Source: Bugula neritina
Taxonomy: Eukaryota > Animalia > Bryozoa
DNA length: 64,000 nucleotides
Reading direction: 5' to 3'
NCBI GenBank assembly: GCA_964035545.1
Contig: OZ037768.1
Coordinates: 14,641,675 to 14,705,674, forward strand
The translations under genes were made by a program, and so were the position numbers. The notes beneath the pieces were generated by a model, which saw nothing but the letters and a program-made list of their open reading frames with translations, did no database searches and was not told the DNA's origin. Numbering within the stretch: the first letter of the stretch is position 1; each line of letters begins with the position of its first letter. Positions 44,810 through 60,800 of this stretch are shown here, in pieces.

Positions 44810-47800
44810 AATACTGAAACATACTGTAACATACTAAGACATACTGCAACATACTGAAATATAATGCAACATACTGAAATATACTTCAACATACTAAAAT
44901 ACACTGCAAAACACTGCAACATACTAAAATATACTGAAAAACACTGTAACATACTGAATTACACTGCAACACACTGAAGTATAATGTAATATACAGAAAT
45001 GTGCTGTAAAATACTGAAATATACTTTAACATACTGAAAAATACCTAAAAATCTTGAAACATATTGAAATACACGGAAACATTGTGAAATACACTGCAAC
45101 ACATTGGAATATACTGCAACATACCGAAATATATGGTAACCTACTGAAATATGTTTCAAACTACTGAAATATACAGCAACATACTGAAATACACCGTAAC
45201 ATACTGAAATACACTGCAACATACTGAAATACACTGTACCATATTGAAATACACTGCAACACACTGAAATATACTGAAACATACTGAAATACATGGTAGC
45301 CTACTGAAATATGTTGCAAACCACTGAAACATACTGCAACATCCTGCAACAAAAAGATTTATACGGTAACACCCTGAAGCATACTGCAATATACTGAAAT
45401 ACACTGTAACATACTAAGGCATTCTGCAACATACCGAAAAATATGGTAACCCACCGAAATATGTTACAAACTACTGTAACATAATGCAAACTTCCTGCAC
45501 CATAATGAAATATACTGCAACATGCTGAATGATACTGCAACATACTGCAACATACTGAAATACACTGTAGAATACTGAAATTAACTGCAACATACTGAAA
45601 TATACTGCAAGATACTGCAACATACTGAAATACATTGTAAGATACCTAAATACACTGCAACATACTGCAACATACTGCAACATGTTGAAATACACTGTAA
45701 CATATTGAAAAACACTGCAAGACATTAAAATATACCGCAACGTACCGAAGTATATGGTAGCCTACTGAAATATACTGCGACATATTGAAATATACTGCAA
45801 CATACTGAAATATGCTGTAACATACTGAAAGATACTGCAAGATACTGCAACATACCGAAATACACTCTAACATACTGAAATATACTGCAACATACTGCAA
45901 CATATTGAAACACACCGTAACACATTGAAAAACACTGCGACAAATTGAACTATACTGCAACATACTGAAACATACGGCAACATACTGAAATATAATGCGA
46001 CACATTGAAATATACTGCAACATACTGAAATATGCTGTAGCATACTGAAATACACTGCCACACACTGAAGTATACTGGGATATACAGAAATGTACTGTAA
46101 CATACTGAAACATACGGCAACGTACTAAAATAAACTGCGACACAATAAAATATACTGCAACATACTAAAATATGCTGTAGCATACTGAAATACACTGCAA
46201 AACACGGAAGTATACTGTAATATACCGAAATTTACTGTAACATACTGAAACATACGTCAACATACTGAAATGTACTACAGCACACTGCAATATACTGAAA
46301 CATACCGAAATATATGGTAACCTACTGAGAGACGTTGCAAACCACTGAAACATACTGCAACATCCTGCAACAAAATGAAATCTACTGTAACACACTGAAA
46401 CAGAGTGCAAAATACTGAAACATACTGTAACATACTAAGACATACTGCAACATACTGAAATATAATGCAACATACTGAAATATACTTCAACCTACTAAAA
46501 TACACTGCAAAACACTGCAACATACTGAAATATACTGAAAAACACTGTAACATATTGAAATACACTGCAACACATTGAAATATTCCGCAACATACCGAAA
46601 TATATGGTAACCTAATGAAATATACTGTAACACGTTGAAGTACACTGCAACATACTGAAATACACTGCAACACACTAAATTATACTGTAATTTACACAAA
46701 TGTACTGTAACATACTGAACAATGCGGCAACATATTGAAATATACTGCAACACATTGAAATATGCTGCAACTTACTGAAATGCGCTGTAGCATACTGAAA
46801 TACACTGCAACACACTGAAGTATACTGTAATATACAGAAATGTACTGTTAAATACTGAAATGTACTTCAACATACTGAGAAATACGTAAAAATATTGAAA
46901 CATATTGAAATACACTGAAACATACTGAAATACACTGCAACACATTGGAATATACTGCAACATACCGAAATATATGGGAACCTACTGAAATATGTTGCAA
47001 ACCACTGAAACATACTGCAACATCCTGCAACAAAATGAATTATACGGTAACACACTGAAGCATACTGCAATATACTGAAATACACTGTAACATACTAAGA
47101 CATACTGCAACATACTGAAATATAATGCAACATACTGAAATATACTTCAACATACTAAAATACACTGCAAAACACTGCAACATACTAAAATAGACTGAAA
47201 AACACTGTAACATACTGAATTACACTGCAACACACTGAAGTATAATGTAATATACAGAAATGGGCTGTAAAATACTGAAATATACTTCAACATACTGAAA
47301 AATACCTAAAAATCTTGAAACATATTGAAATACACGGAAACATTGTGAAATACACTGCAACACATTGGTATATACTGCAACATACCGAAATATATAGTAA
47401 CCTACTGTAATATGTTTCAAACTACTGAAATATACAGCAACATACTGAAATACACCGTAACATACTGAAATACACTGCAACATACTGAAATACACTGTAC
47501 CATATTGAAATACACTGCAACACACTGAAATATACTGAAACATACTGAAATACATGGTAGCCTACTGAAATATGTTGCAAACCACTGAAACATACTGCAA
47601 CATCCTGCAACAAAAAGATTTATACGGTAACACACTGAAGCATACTGCAATATACTGAAATACACTGTAACATACTAAGGCATTCTGCAACATACCGAAA
47701 AATATGGTAACCTACCGAAATATGTTACAAACTACTGTAACATAATGCAAACTTCCTGCACCATAATGAAATATACTGCAACATGCTGAATGATACTGCA

Positions 47801-49365
47801 ACATACTGCAACATACTGAAATACACTGTAGAATACTGAAATTAACTGCAACATACTGAAATATACTGCAAGATACTGCAACATACTGAAATACATTGTA
47901 AGATACCTAAATACACTGCAACATACTGCAACATACTGCAACATGTTGAAATACACTGTAACATATTGAAAAACACTGCAACACATTAAAATATACCGCA
48001 ACGTACCGAAGTATATGGTAGCCTACTGAAATATACTGCGACATATTGAAATATACTGCAACATACTGAAATATGCTGTAACATACTGAAAGATACTGCA
48101 AGATACTGCAACATACCGAAATACACTCTAACATACTGAAATATACTGCAACATACTGCAACATATTGAAACACACCGTAACACATTGAAAAACACTGCG
48201 ACAAATTGAACTATACTGCAACATACTGAAACATACGGCAACATACTGAAATATAATGCGACACATTGAAATATACTGCAACATACTGAAATATGCTGTA
48301 GCATACTGAAATACACTGCCACACACTGAAGTATACTGGGATATACAGAAATGTACTGTAACATACTGAAACATACGGCAACGTACTAAAATAAACTGCG
48401 ACACAATAAAATATACTGCAACATACTAAAATATGCTGTAGCATACTGAAATACACTGCAAAACATGGAAGTATACTGTAATATACCGAAATTTACTGTA
48501 ACATACTGAAACATACGTCAACATACTGAAATGTACTACAGCACACTGCAATATACTGAAACATACCGAAATATATGGTAACCTACTGAGAGACGTTGCA
48601 AACCACTGAAACATACTGCAACATCCTGCAACAAAATGAAATATACTGTAACACACTGAAACAGAGTGCAAAATACTGAAACATACTGTAACATACTAAG
48701 ACATACTGCAACATACTGAAATATAATGCAACATACTGAAATATACTTCAACCTACTAAAATACACTGCAAAACACTGCAACATACTGAAATATACTGAA
48801 AAACACTGTAACATATTGAAATACACTGCAACACATTGAAATATTCCGCAACATACCGAAATATATGGTAACCTAATGAAATATACTGTAACACGTTGAA
48901 GTACACTGCAACATACTGAAATACACTGCAACACACTAAATTATACTGTAATTTACACAAATGTACTGTAACATACTGAACAATGCGGCAACATATTGAA
49001 ATATACTGCAACACATTGAAATATGCTGCAACTTACTGAAATGCGCTGTAGCATACTGAAATACACTGCAACACACTGAAGTATACTGTAATATACAGAA
49101 ATGTACTGTTAAATACTGAAATGTACTTCAACATACTGAAAAATACGTAAAAATATTGAAACATATTGAAATACACTGAAACATACTGAAATACACTGCA
49201 ACACATTGGAATATACTGCAACATACCGAAATATATGGGAACCTACTGAAATATGTTGCAAACCACTGAAACATACTGCAACATCCTGCAACAAAATGTA
49301 TTATACGGTAACACACTGAAGCATACTGCAATATACTGAAATACACTGTAACATACTAAGACATA
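44810..49365. repeat. Higher-order repeat, period 2,261 bp (2 copies)
   Basis: ORF pairs 45156/47417, 45646/47907, 46165/48426 and 46772/49033. Boundaries approximate. Confidence 0.88.
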
Positions 49366-51829
49366 CTGCAACATACCGAAAAATATGGTAACCTACTGAA
49401 ATATGTTACAAACTACCGAAACATACTGCAACATACTGCACCATGATGAATTATACTGCAACATACTGAATGATACTGCAACATACTGCAACATACTGAA
49501 ATACACTGTAGAATACTGAAATTAACTGCAACATACTGAAATACACCGTAACATACTGAAATACACTGCAACATACTGAAATACACTGTACCATATTGAA
49601 ATACACTGCAACACACTGAAATATACTGAAACATACTGAAATACATGGTAGCCTACTGAAATATGTTGCAAACCACTGAAACATACTGCAACATCCTGCA
49701 ACAAAAAGATTTATACGGTAACACACTGAAGCATACTGCAATATACTGAAATACACTGTAACATACTAAGGCATTCTGCAACATACCGAAAAATATGGTA
49801 ACCTACCGAAATATGTTACAAACTACTGTAACATAATGCAAACTTCCTGCACCAAAATGAAATATACTGCAACATGCTGATTGATACTGCAACATACTGC
49901 AACATACTGAAATACACTGTAGAATACTGAAATTAACTGCAACATACTGAAATATACTGCAAGATACTGCAACATACTGAAATACATTGTAAGATACCTA
50001 AATACACTGCAACATACTGCAACATACTGCAACATGTTGAAATACACTGTAACATATTGAAAAACACTGCAAGACATTAAAATATACCGCAACGTACCGA
50101 AGTATATGGTAGCCTACTGAAATATACTGCGACATATTGAAATATACTGCAACATACTGAAATATGCTGTAACATACTGAAAGATACTGCAAGATACTGC
50201 AACATACCGAAATACACTCTAACATACTGAAATATACTGCAACATACTGCAACATATTGAAACACACCGTAACACATTGAAAAACACTGCGACAAATTGA
50301 ACTATACTGCAACATACAGAAACATACGGCAACATACTGAAATATAATGCGACACATTGAAATATACTGCAACATACTGAAATATGCTGTAGCATACTGA
50401 AATACACTGCCACACACTGAAGTATACTGGGATATACAGAAATGTACTGTAACATACTGAAACATACTGCTACATACTGAAATACACGGTAACATACTGA
50501 AATACACTGCAACATACTGAAAGATACTGCAACATACTGAAACACACTGTAGAATACTGAAATATACTGCAAAATACTAAAATATACTGCAAGATACTGC
50601 AACATACTGCTACATACTGAAATACACGGTAACATACTGAAATACACTGCAACATACTGAAAGATACTGCAACATACTGCAACATACTGAAACACACTGT
50701 AGAATACTGAAATATACTGCAAAATACTAAAATATACTGCAAGATACTGCAACATACTGAAATACATTGTAAGATACCTAAATACACTGCAACATACTGC
50801 AAGATACTGCAACATATTGAAATACACTGTAACATATTGAAAAACACTGCAACACATTGAAATATACCGCAACATACCAAAGTACATGGTAGCCTACTGA
50901 TATATACTGTAACACATTGAAATATACTGCAACATACTGAAATACACTGCATCACACTAAAGTATACCATAACAAACAGAAATGTACTGTAACATATTGA
51001 AATATACTGCAACACATTGAAATAGACTGCAACATACTGTAATGTGGTGTAGCATACTGGAATACACTGCAACACACTGAAATATACTGTAATATACAAA
51101 TATAAACTGTAAAATACTGAAATATGCTTCAACATACTGAAAAATACCTAAAAACATTGAAACATACTGAAATACACTGTGACATGCTGAAATACACCGC
51201 AACACATTGGAATATTCTGCAACATACCGAAATATATTGTAACCTACTGAATTATGTTACAAACTACTGAAATATACTGTAACATACTGCAACATAATGA
51301 AATATACTGCAACATACTGAAAGTCACTGCAACATACTGCAACATACTGAAGTACACTGCAACACATTGAAATATACTGCAACATACCGAAATATATGTC
51401 AACCTACGGAAACATGTTGCAAACCACTGAAACACACTGCAACAGACTGCGACAAAATGAATTATACTGTAACACACTGAAACATACCGCAAAATACTGA
51501 AATGTACTGTAACATATTAAGACATACTGCAACATACTGAAATATAATGCAGCCTACTGCAACATAATGAAAGATACTGCAACATACTGCAACATACCGA
51601 AATACACTCTAACATACTGAAATATACTGCAACATACTGCAACATATTGAAATACACCGTAACATATTGAAAAACACTGCGACAAATTGAACTGTACTGC
51701 AACATACTGAAACATACGGCAACATACTGAAATATAATGCGACACATTGAAATATACTGCAACATACTGAAATATGCTGTAGCATACTGAAATACACTGC
51801 CACACACTGAAGTATACTGGGATATACAG

Positions 51830-54800
51830 AAATGTACTGTAACATACTGAAACATACGTCAACATACTGAAATGTACTACAGCACACTGCAATATACTGA
51901 AACATACCGAAATATATGGTAACCTACTGAGACACGTTGCAAACCACTGAAACATACTGCAACATCCTGCAACAAAATGAAATCTACTGTAACACACTGA
52001 AACAGAGTGCAAAATACTGAAACATACTGTAACATACTAAGACATACTGCAACATACTGAAATATAATGCAACATACTGAAATATACTTCAACATACTAA
52101 AATACACTGCAAAACACTGCAACATACTGAAATATACTGAAAAACACTGTAACATATTGAAATACACTGCAACACATTGAAATATTCCGCAACATATCGA
52201 AATATATGGTAACCTAATGAAATATACGGTAACACGTTGAAGTACACTGCAACATACTGAAATACACTGCCACACACTAAATTATACTGTAATTTACACA
52301 AATGTACTGTAACATACTGAACAATGCGGCAACATATTGAAATATACTGCAACACATTGAAATATGCTGCAACTTACTGAAATGCGCTGTAGCATACTGA
52401 AATACACTGCAACACACTGAAGTATACTGTAATATACAGAAATGTACTGTAAAATACTGAAATGTACTTCAACATACTGAAAACTACCTAAAAATCTTGA
52501 AACATATTGAAATACACGGAAACATTCTGAAATACACTGCAACACATTGGAATATACTGCAACATACCGAAATAAATGGTAACCTACTGAAATATGTTTC
52601 AAACTACTGAAATATACAGCAACATACTGAAATACACCGTAACATACTGAAATACACTGCCGCCTACTGAAATACACTGTACCATATGGAAATTCACTGC
52701 AACACACTGAAATATACTGAAACATACTGAAGTACATGGTAGCCTACTGAAATATGTTGCAAACCACTGAAACATACTGCAACATCCTGCAACAAAATGA
52801 TTTATACGGTAACACACTGAAGCATACTGCAATATACTGAAATACACTGTAACATACTAAGGCATTCTGCAACATACCGAAAAATATGGTAACCTACCGA
52901 AATATGTTACAAACTACTGAAACATAATGCAAACTTCCTGCACCATAATGAAATATACTGCAACATACTGAATGATACTGCAACATACTGCAACATACTG
53001 AAATACACTGTAGAATACTGAAATTAACTGCAACATACTGAAATATACTGCAAGATACTGCAACATACTGAAATACATTGTAAGATACCTAAATACACTG
53101 CAACATACTGCAACATGTTGAAATACACTGTAACCTATTGAAAAACACTGCAACACATTGAAATATACCGCAACATACCGAAATGTATGGTAACCTACTG
53201 AAATATGCTGTAACACATTGAAATATCCTGCAACACATTGAAATATACTGCAACATACTGAAATGTGCTGTAGCATACTGAAATACACTGCAAGACACTG
53301 AAGTATACTGTAATATACAGAAATGTACTGTAAAACACTGAAATATACTTCAACATACAGAAAACTACCTAAAAACATTGAAACATACTGAAATACATTG
53401 TAACATACTGAAATACACTGCAACACATTGGAATATACTGCAACATACCGAAATATATGGTAACCTACTGAATTATGTTAAAAACTACTGAAACATACTG
53501 CAACATACTGCAACATAATGAAATATACTGCAACATACTGAAAGATACTGCAACATACTGCTACATACTGAAATACACGGTAACATACTGAAATACACTG
53601 CAACATACTGAAAGATACTGCAACATACTGCAACATACTGAAACACACTGTAGAATACTGAAATATACTGCAAAATACTAAAATATACTGCAAGATACTG
53701 CAACATACTGAAATACATTGTAAGATACCTAAATACACTGCAACATACTGCAAGATAATGCAACATATTGAAATACACTGTAACATATTGAAAAACACTG
53801 CAACACATTGAAATATACCGCAACATACCAAACTACATGGTAGCCTACTGAAATATACTGTAACACATTGAAATATACTGCAACATACTGAAATACACTG
53901 CATCACACTAAAGTATACCATAACAAACATAAATGTACTGTAACATATTGAAATATACTGCAACACATTGAAATAGACTGCAACATACTGTAATGTGGTG
54001 TAGCATACTGGAATACACTGCAACACACTGAAATATACTGTAATATACAAATATGTACTGTAAAATACTGAAATATACTTCAACATACTGAAAAATACCT
54101 AAAAACATTGAAACATACTGAAATACACTGTGACATACTGAAATACACCGCAACACATTGGAATATTCTGCAACATACCGAAATATATTGTAACCTACTG
54201 AATTATGTTACAAACTACTGAAATATACTGTAACATACTGCAACATAATGAAATATACTGCAACATACTGAAAGTCACTGCAACATACTGAAGTACACTG
54301 CAACACATTGAAATATACTGCAACATACCGAAATATATGGTAACCTACGGAAACATGTTGCAAACCACTGAAACACACTGCAACAGACTGCGACAAAATG
54401 AATTATACTGTAACACACTGAAACATACCGCAAAATACTGAAATGTACTGTAACATATTAAGACATACTGCAACATACTGAAATATAATGCAGCCTACTG
54501 CAACATAATGAAAGATACTGCAACATACTACAACATACCGAAATACACTCTAACATACTGAAATATACTGCAACATACTGCAACATATTGAAATACACCG
54601 TAACATATTGAAAAACACTGCGACAAATTGAACTATATTGTAACATACTGAAACATACGTCAACATACTGAAATGTACTACAGCACACTGCAATATACTG
54701 AAACATACCGAAATATATGGTAACCTACTGAGACACGTTGCAAACCACTGAAACATACTGCAACATCCTGCAACAAAATGAAATCTTCTGTAACACACTG

Positions 54801-57800
54801 AAACAGAGTGCAAAATACTGAAACATACTGTAACATACTAAGACATACTGCAACATACTGAAATATAATGCAACGTACTGAAATATACTTCAACATACTA
54901 AAATACACTGCAAAACACTGCAACATACTGAAATATACTAAAAAACACTGTAACATATTGAAATACACTGCAACACATTGAAATATTCCGCAACATACCG
55001 AAATATATGGTAACCTAATGAAATATACTGTAACACGTTGAAGTACACTGCAACATACTGAAATACACTGCAACGCACTAAATTATACTGTAATTTACAC
55101 AAATGTACTGTAACATACTGAACAATGCGGCAACATATTGAAATATACTGCAACACATTGAAATATGCTGCAACTTACTGAAATGCGCTGTAGCATACTG
55201 AAATACACTGCAACACACTGAAGTATACTGTAATATACAGAAATGTACTGTAAAATACTGAAATGTACTTCAACATACTGAAAAATACCTAAAAATATTG
55301 AAACATATTGAAATACACTGAAACATACTGAAAAACACTGCAACACATTGGAATATACTGCAACATACCGAAATATATGGGAACCTACTGAAATATGTTG
55401 CAAACCACTGAAACATACTGCAACATCCTGCAACAAAATGAATTATACGGTAACACACTGAAGCATACTGCAATATACTGAAATACACTGAAACATACTA
55501 AGACATACTGCAACATACCGAAAAACATGGTAACCTACTGAAATATGTTACAAACTACCGAAACATACTGCAACATACTGCACCATAATGAATTATACTG
55601 CAACATACTGAAAGATACTGCAACGTACTGCAACATACTGAAGCACACTGTAGAATACTGAAATATACTGCAACATACTGAAATATGCTGCAAAAAACTG
55701 CAACACACTGAAAAACATTGTAAGATTCCTAAATACACTGCAACATTCTGCAAGATACTGCAACATATTGAAATACACTGTAACATATTGAAAAACACTG
55801 CAACACATTGTAATATACCGCAACATACCGAAGTATATGGTAGCCTACTGAAATATACTGCAAAATACTGAAATATACCTAAAAATATTGAAACATACTG
55901 AAATACACTGTAACATATTGAAATGCACTGCAACACATTTAAATATACCGCAACATACTGAAATGTATGGTAACCTACTGAAATATGCTGTAACACATTG
56001 AAATGTCCTGCAACACATTGAGATATACTGCAACATACTGAAATGTGCTGTAGCATACTGAAATACACTGCAACACACTGAAGTATACTGTAATATACAG
56101 AAATGTACTGTAAAACACTGAAATATACTTCAACATACTGAAAACTACCTAAAAATCTTGAAACATATTGAAATACACGGAAACATTCTGAAATACACTG
56201 CAACACATTGGAATATACTGCAACATACCGAAATAAATGGTAACCTACTGAAATATGTTTCAAACTACTGAAATATACAGCAACATACTGAAATACACCG
56301 TAACATACTGAAATACACTGCAACCTACTGAAATACACTGTACCATATTGAAATTCACTGCAACACACTGAAATATACTGAAACATACTGAAATACATGG
56401 TAGCCTACTGAAATATGTTGCAAACCACTGAAACATACTGCAACATCCTGCAACAAAATGATTTATACGGTAACACACTGAAGCATACTGCAATATACTG
56501 AAATACACTGTAACATACTAAGGCATTCTGCAACATACCGAAAAACATGGTAACCTACCGAAACTTGTTACAAACTACTGAAACATAATGCAAACTTCCT
56601 GCACCATAATGAAATATACTGCAACATACTGAATGATACTGCAACATACTGCAACATACTGAAATACACTGTAGAATACTGAAATTAACTGCAACATACT
56701 GAAATATACTGCAAGATACTGCAACATACTGAAATACATTGTAAGATACCTAAATACACTGCAACATACTGCAACATACTGCAACATGTTGAAATACACT
56801 GTAACCTATTGAAAAACACTGCAACACATTTAAATATACCGCAACGTACCGAAGTATATGGTAGCCTACTGAAATATACTGCGACATACTGAAATATACT
56901 GCAACATACTGAAATATGCTGTAACATAATGAAAGATACTGCAAGATACTGCAACATACTGAAACACATTGTAAGATACTGAAATACACTGCAACATACT
57001 GCAACATACTGCAACATACTGCAACATACTGAAATACACTGTAACATGTTGAAAAACACTGACACACATTGAAATGTACTGCAACATACTGAAACATACG
57101 GCAACATACTGAAATATACTGCGACACATTGAAATATACAGCAACATACTGAAATATGCTGTAGCATACTGAAATACACTGCAACACACTGAAGTATACT
57201 GTAATATACAGAACTTTACTGTAACATACTGGAATATACATCAACATACTGAAATGTACTGCAACATGCTGAAACATACTGCAACATACTGAAATACATT
57301 GTAAGATACCTAAATACACTGCAACATACTGCAAGATAATGCAACATATTGAAATACACTGTAACATATTGAAAAACACTGCAACACATTGAAATATACC
57401 GCAACATACCAAAGTACATGGTAGCCTACTGAAATATACTGTAACACATTGAAATATACTGCAACATACTGAAATACACTGCATCACACTAAAGTATACC
57501 GTAACAAACATAAATGTACTGTAACATATTGAAATATACTGCAACACATTGAAATAGACTGCAACATACTGTAATGTGGTGTAGCATACTGGAATACACT
57601 GCAACACACTGAAATATACTGTAATATACAAATATGTACTGTAAAATACTGAAATATACTTCAACATACTGAAAAATACCTAAAAACATTGAAACATACT
57701 GAAATACACTGTGACATACTGAAATACACCGCAACACATTGGAATATTCTGCAACATACCGAAATATATTGTAACCTACTGAATTATGTTACAAACTACT

Positions 57801-60800
57801 GAAATATACTGTAACATACTGCAACATAATGAAATATACTGCAACATACTGAAAGTCACTGCAACATACTGAAGTACACTGCAACACATTGAAATATACT
57901 GCAACATACCGAAATATATGGTAACCTACGGAAACATGTTGCAAACCACTGAAACACACTGCAACAGACTGCGACAAAATGAATTATACTGTAACACACT
58001 GAAACATACCGCAAAATACTGAAATGTACTGTAACATATTAAGACATACTGCAACATACTGAAATATAATGCAGCCTACTGCAACATAATGAAAGATACT
58101 GCAACATACTACAACATACCGAAATACACTCTAACATACTGAAATATACTGCAACATACTGCAACATATTGAAATACACCGTAACATATTGAAAAACACT
58201 GCGACAAATTGAACTATATTGTAACATACTGAAACATACGTCAACATACTGAAATGTACTACAGCACACTGCAATATACTGAAACATACCGAAATATATG
58301 GTAACCTACTGAGACACGTTGCAAACCACTGAAACATACTGCAACATCCTGCAACAAAAGGAAATCTTCTGTAACACACTGAAACAGAGTGCAAAATACT
58401 GAAACATACTGTAACATACTAAGACATACTGCAACATACTGAAATATAATGCAACGTACTGAAATATACTTCAACATACTAAAATACACTGCAAAACACT
58501 GCAACATACTGAAATATACTGAAAAACACTGTAACATATTGAAATACACTGCAACACATTGAAATATTCCGCAACATACCGAAATATATGGTAACCTAAT
58601 GAAATATACTGTAACACGTTGAAGTACACTGCAACATACTGAAATACACTGCAACGCACTAAATTATACTGTAATTTACACAAATGTACTGTAACATACT
58701 GAACAATGCGGCAACATATTGAAATATACTGCAACACATTGAAATATGCTGCAACTTACTGAAATGCGCTGTAGCATACTGAAATACACTGCAACACACT
58801 GAAGTATACTGTAATATACAGAAATGTACTGTAAAATACTGAAATGTACTTCAACATACTGAAAAATACCTAAAAATATTGAAACATATTGAAATACACT
58901 GAAACATACTGAAATACACTGCAACACATTGGAATATACTGCAACATACCGAAATATATGGGAACCTACTGAAATATGTTGCAAACCACTGAAACATACT
59001 GCAACATCCTGCAACAAAATGATTTATACGGTAACACACTGAAGCATACTGCAATATACTGAAATACACTGTAACATACTAAGACATACTGCAACATACC
59101 GAAAAACATGGTAACCTACTGAAATATGTTACAAATTACCGAAACATACTGCAACATACTGCACCATAATGAATTATACTGCAACATACTGAAAGATACT
59201 GCAACGTACTGCAACATACTGAAGCACACTGTAGAATACTGAAATATACTGCAACATACTGAAATATGCTGCAAAAAACTGCAACACACTGAAAAACATT
59301 GTAAGATTCCTAAATACACTGCAACATTCTGCAAGATACTGCAACATATTGAAATACACTGTAACATATTGAAAAACACTGCAACACATTTAAATATACC
59401 GCAACATACTGAAATGTATGGTAACCTACTGAAATATGCTGTAACACATTGAAATGTCCTGCAACACATTGAGATATACTGCAACATACTGAAATGTGCT
59501 GTAGCATACTGAAATACACTGCAACACACTGAAGTATACTGTAATATACAGAAATGTACTGTAAAACACTGAAATATACTTCAACATACTGAAAACTACC
59601 TAAAAATCTTGAAACATATTGAAATACACGGAAACATTCTGAAATACACTGCAACACATTGGAATATACTGCAACATACCGAAATAAATGGTAACCTCCT
59701 GAAATATGTTTCAAACTACTGAAATATACAGCAACATACTGAAATACACCGTAACATACTGAAATACACTGCAACCTACTGAAATACACTGTACCATATT
59801 GAAATTCACTGCAACACACTGAAATATACTGAAACATACTGAAATACATGGTAGCCTACTGAAATATGTTGCAAACCACTGAAACATACTGCAACATCCT
59901 GCAACAAAATGATTTATACGGTAACACACTGAAGCATACTGCAATATACTGAAATACACTGTAACATACTAAGGCATTCTGCAACATACCGAAAAACATG
60001 GTAACCTACCGAAACTTGTTACAAACTACTGAAACATAATGCAAACTTCCTGCACCATAATGAAATATACTGCAACATACTGAATGATACTGCAACATAC
60101 TGCAACATACTGAAATACACTGTAGAATACTGAAATTAACTGCAACATACTGAAATATACTGCAAGATACTGCAACATACTGAAATACATTGTAAGATAC
60201 CTAAATACACTGCAACATACTGCAACATACTGCAACATGTTGAAATACACTGTAACCTATTGAAAAACACTGCAACACATTTAAATATACCGCAACGTAC
60301 CGAAGTATATGGTAGCCTACTGAAATATACTGCGACATACTGAAATATACTGCAACATACTGAAATATGCTGTAACATAATGAAAGATACTGCAAGATAC
60401 TGCAACATACTGAAACACATTGTAAGATACTGAAATACACTGCAACATACTGCAACATACTGCAACATACTGCAACATACTGAAATACACTGTAACATGT
60501 TGAAAAACACTGACACACATTGAAATGTACTGCAACATACTGAAACATACGGCAACATACTGAAATATACTGCGACACATTGAAATATACAGCAACATAC
60601 TGAAATATGCTGTAGCACACTGAAATACACTGCAACACACTGAAGTATACTGTAATATACAGAACTTTACTGTAACATACTGGAATATACATCAACATAC
60701 TGAACTGTACTGCAACATACTGAAACATACGGCAACATACTGAAATATAATGCGACACATTGAAATATACTGCAACATACTGAAATATGCTGTAGCATAC

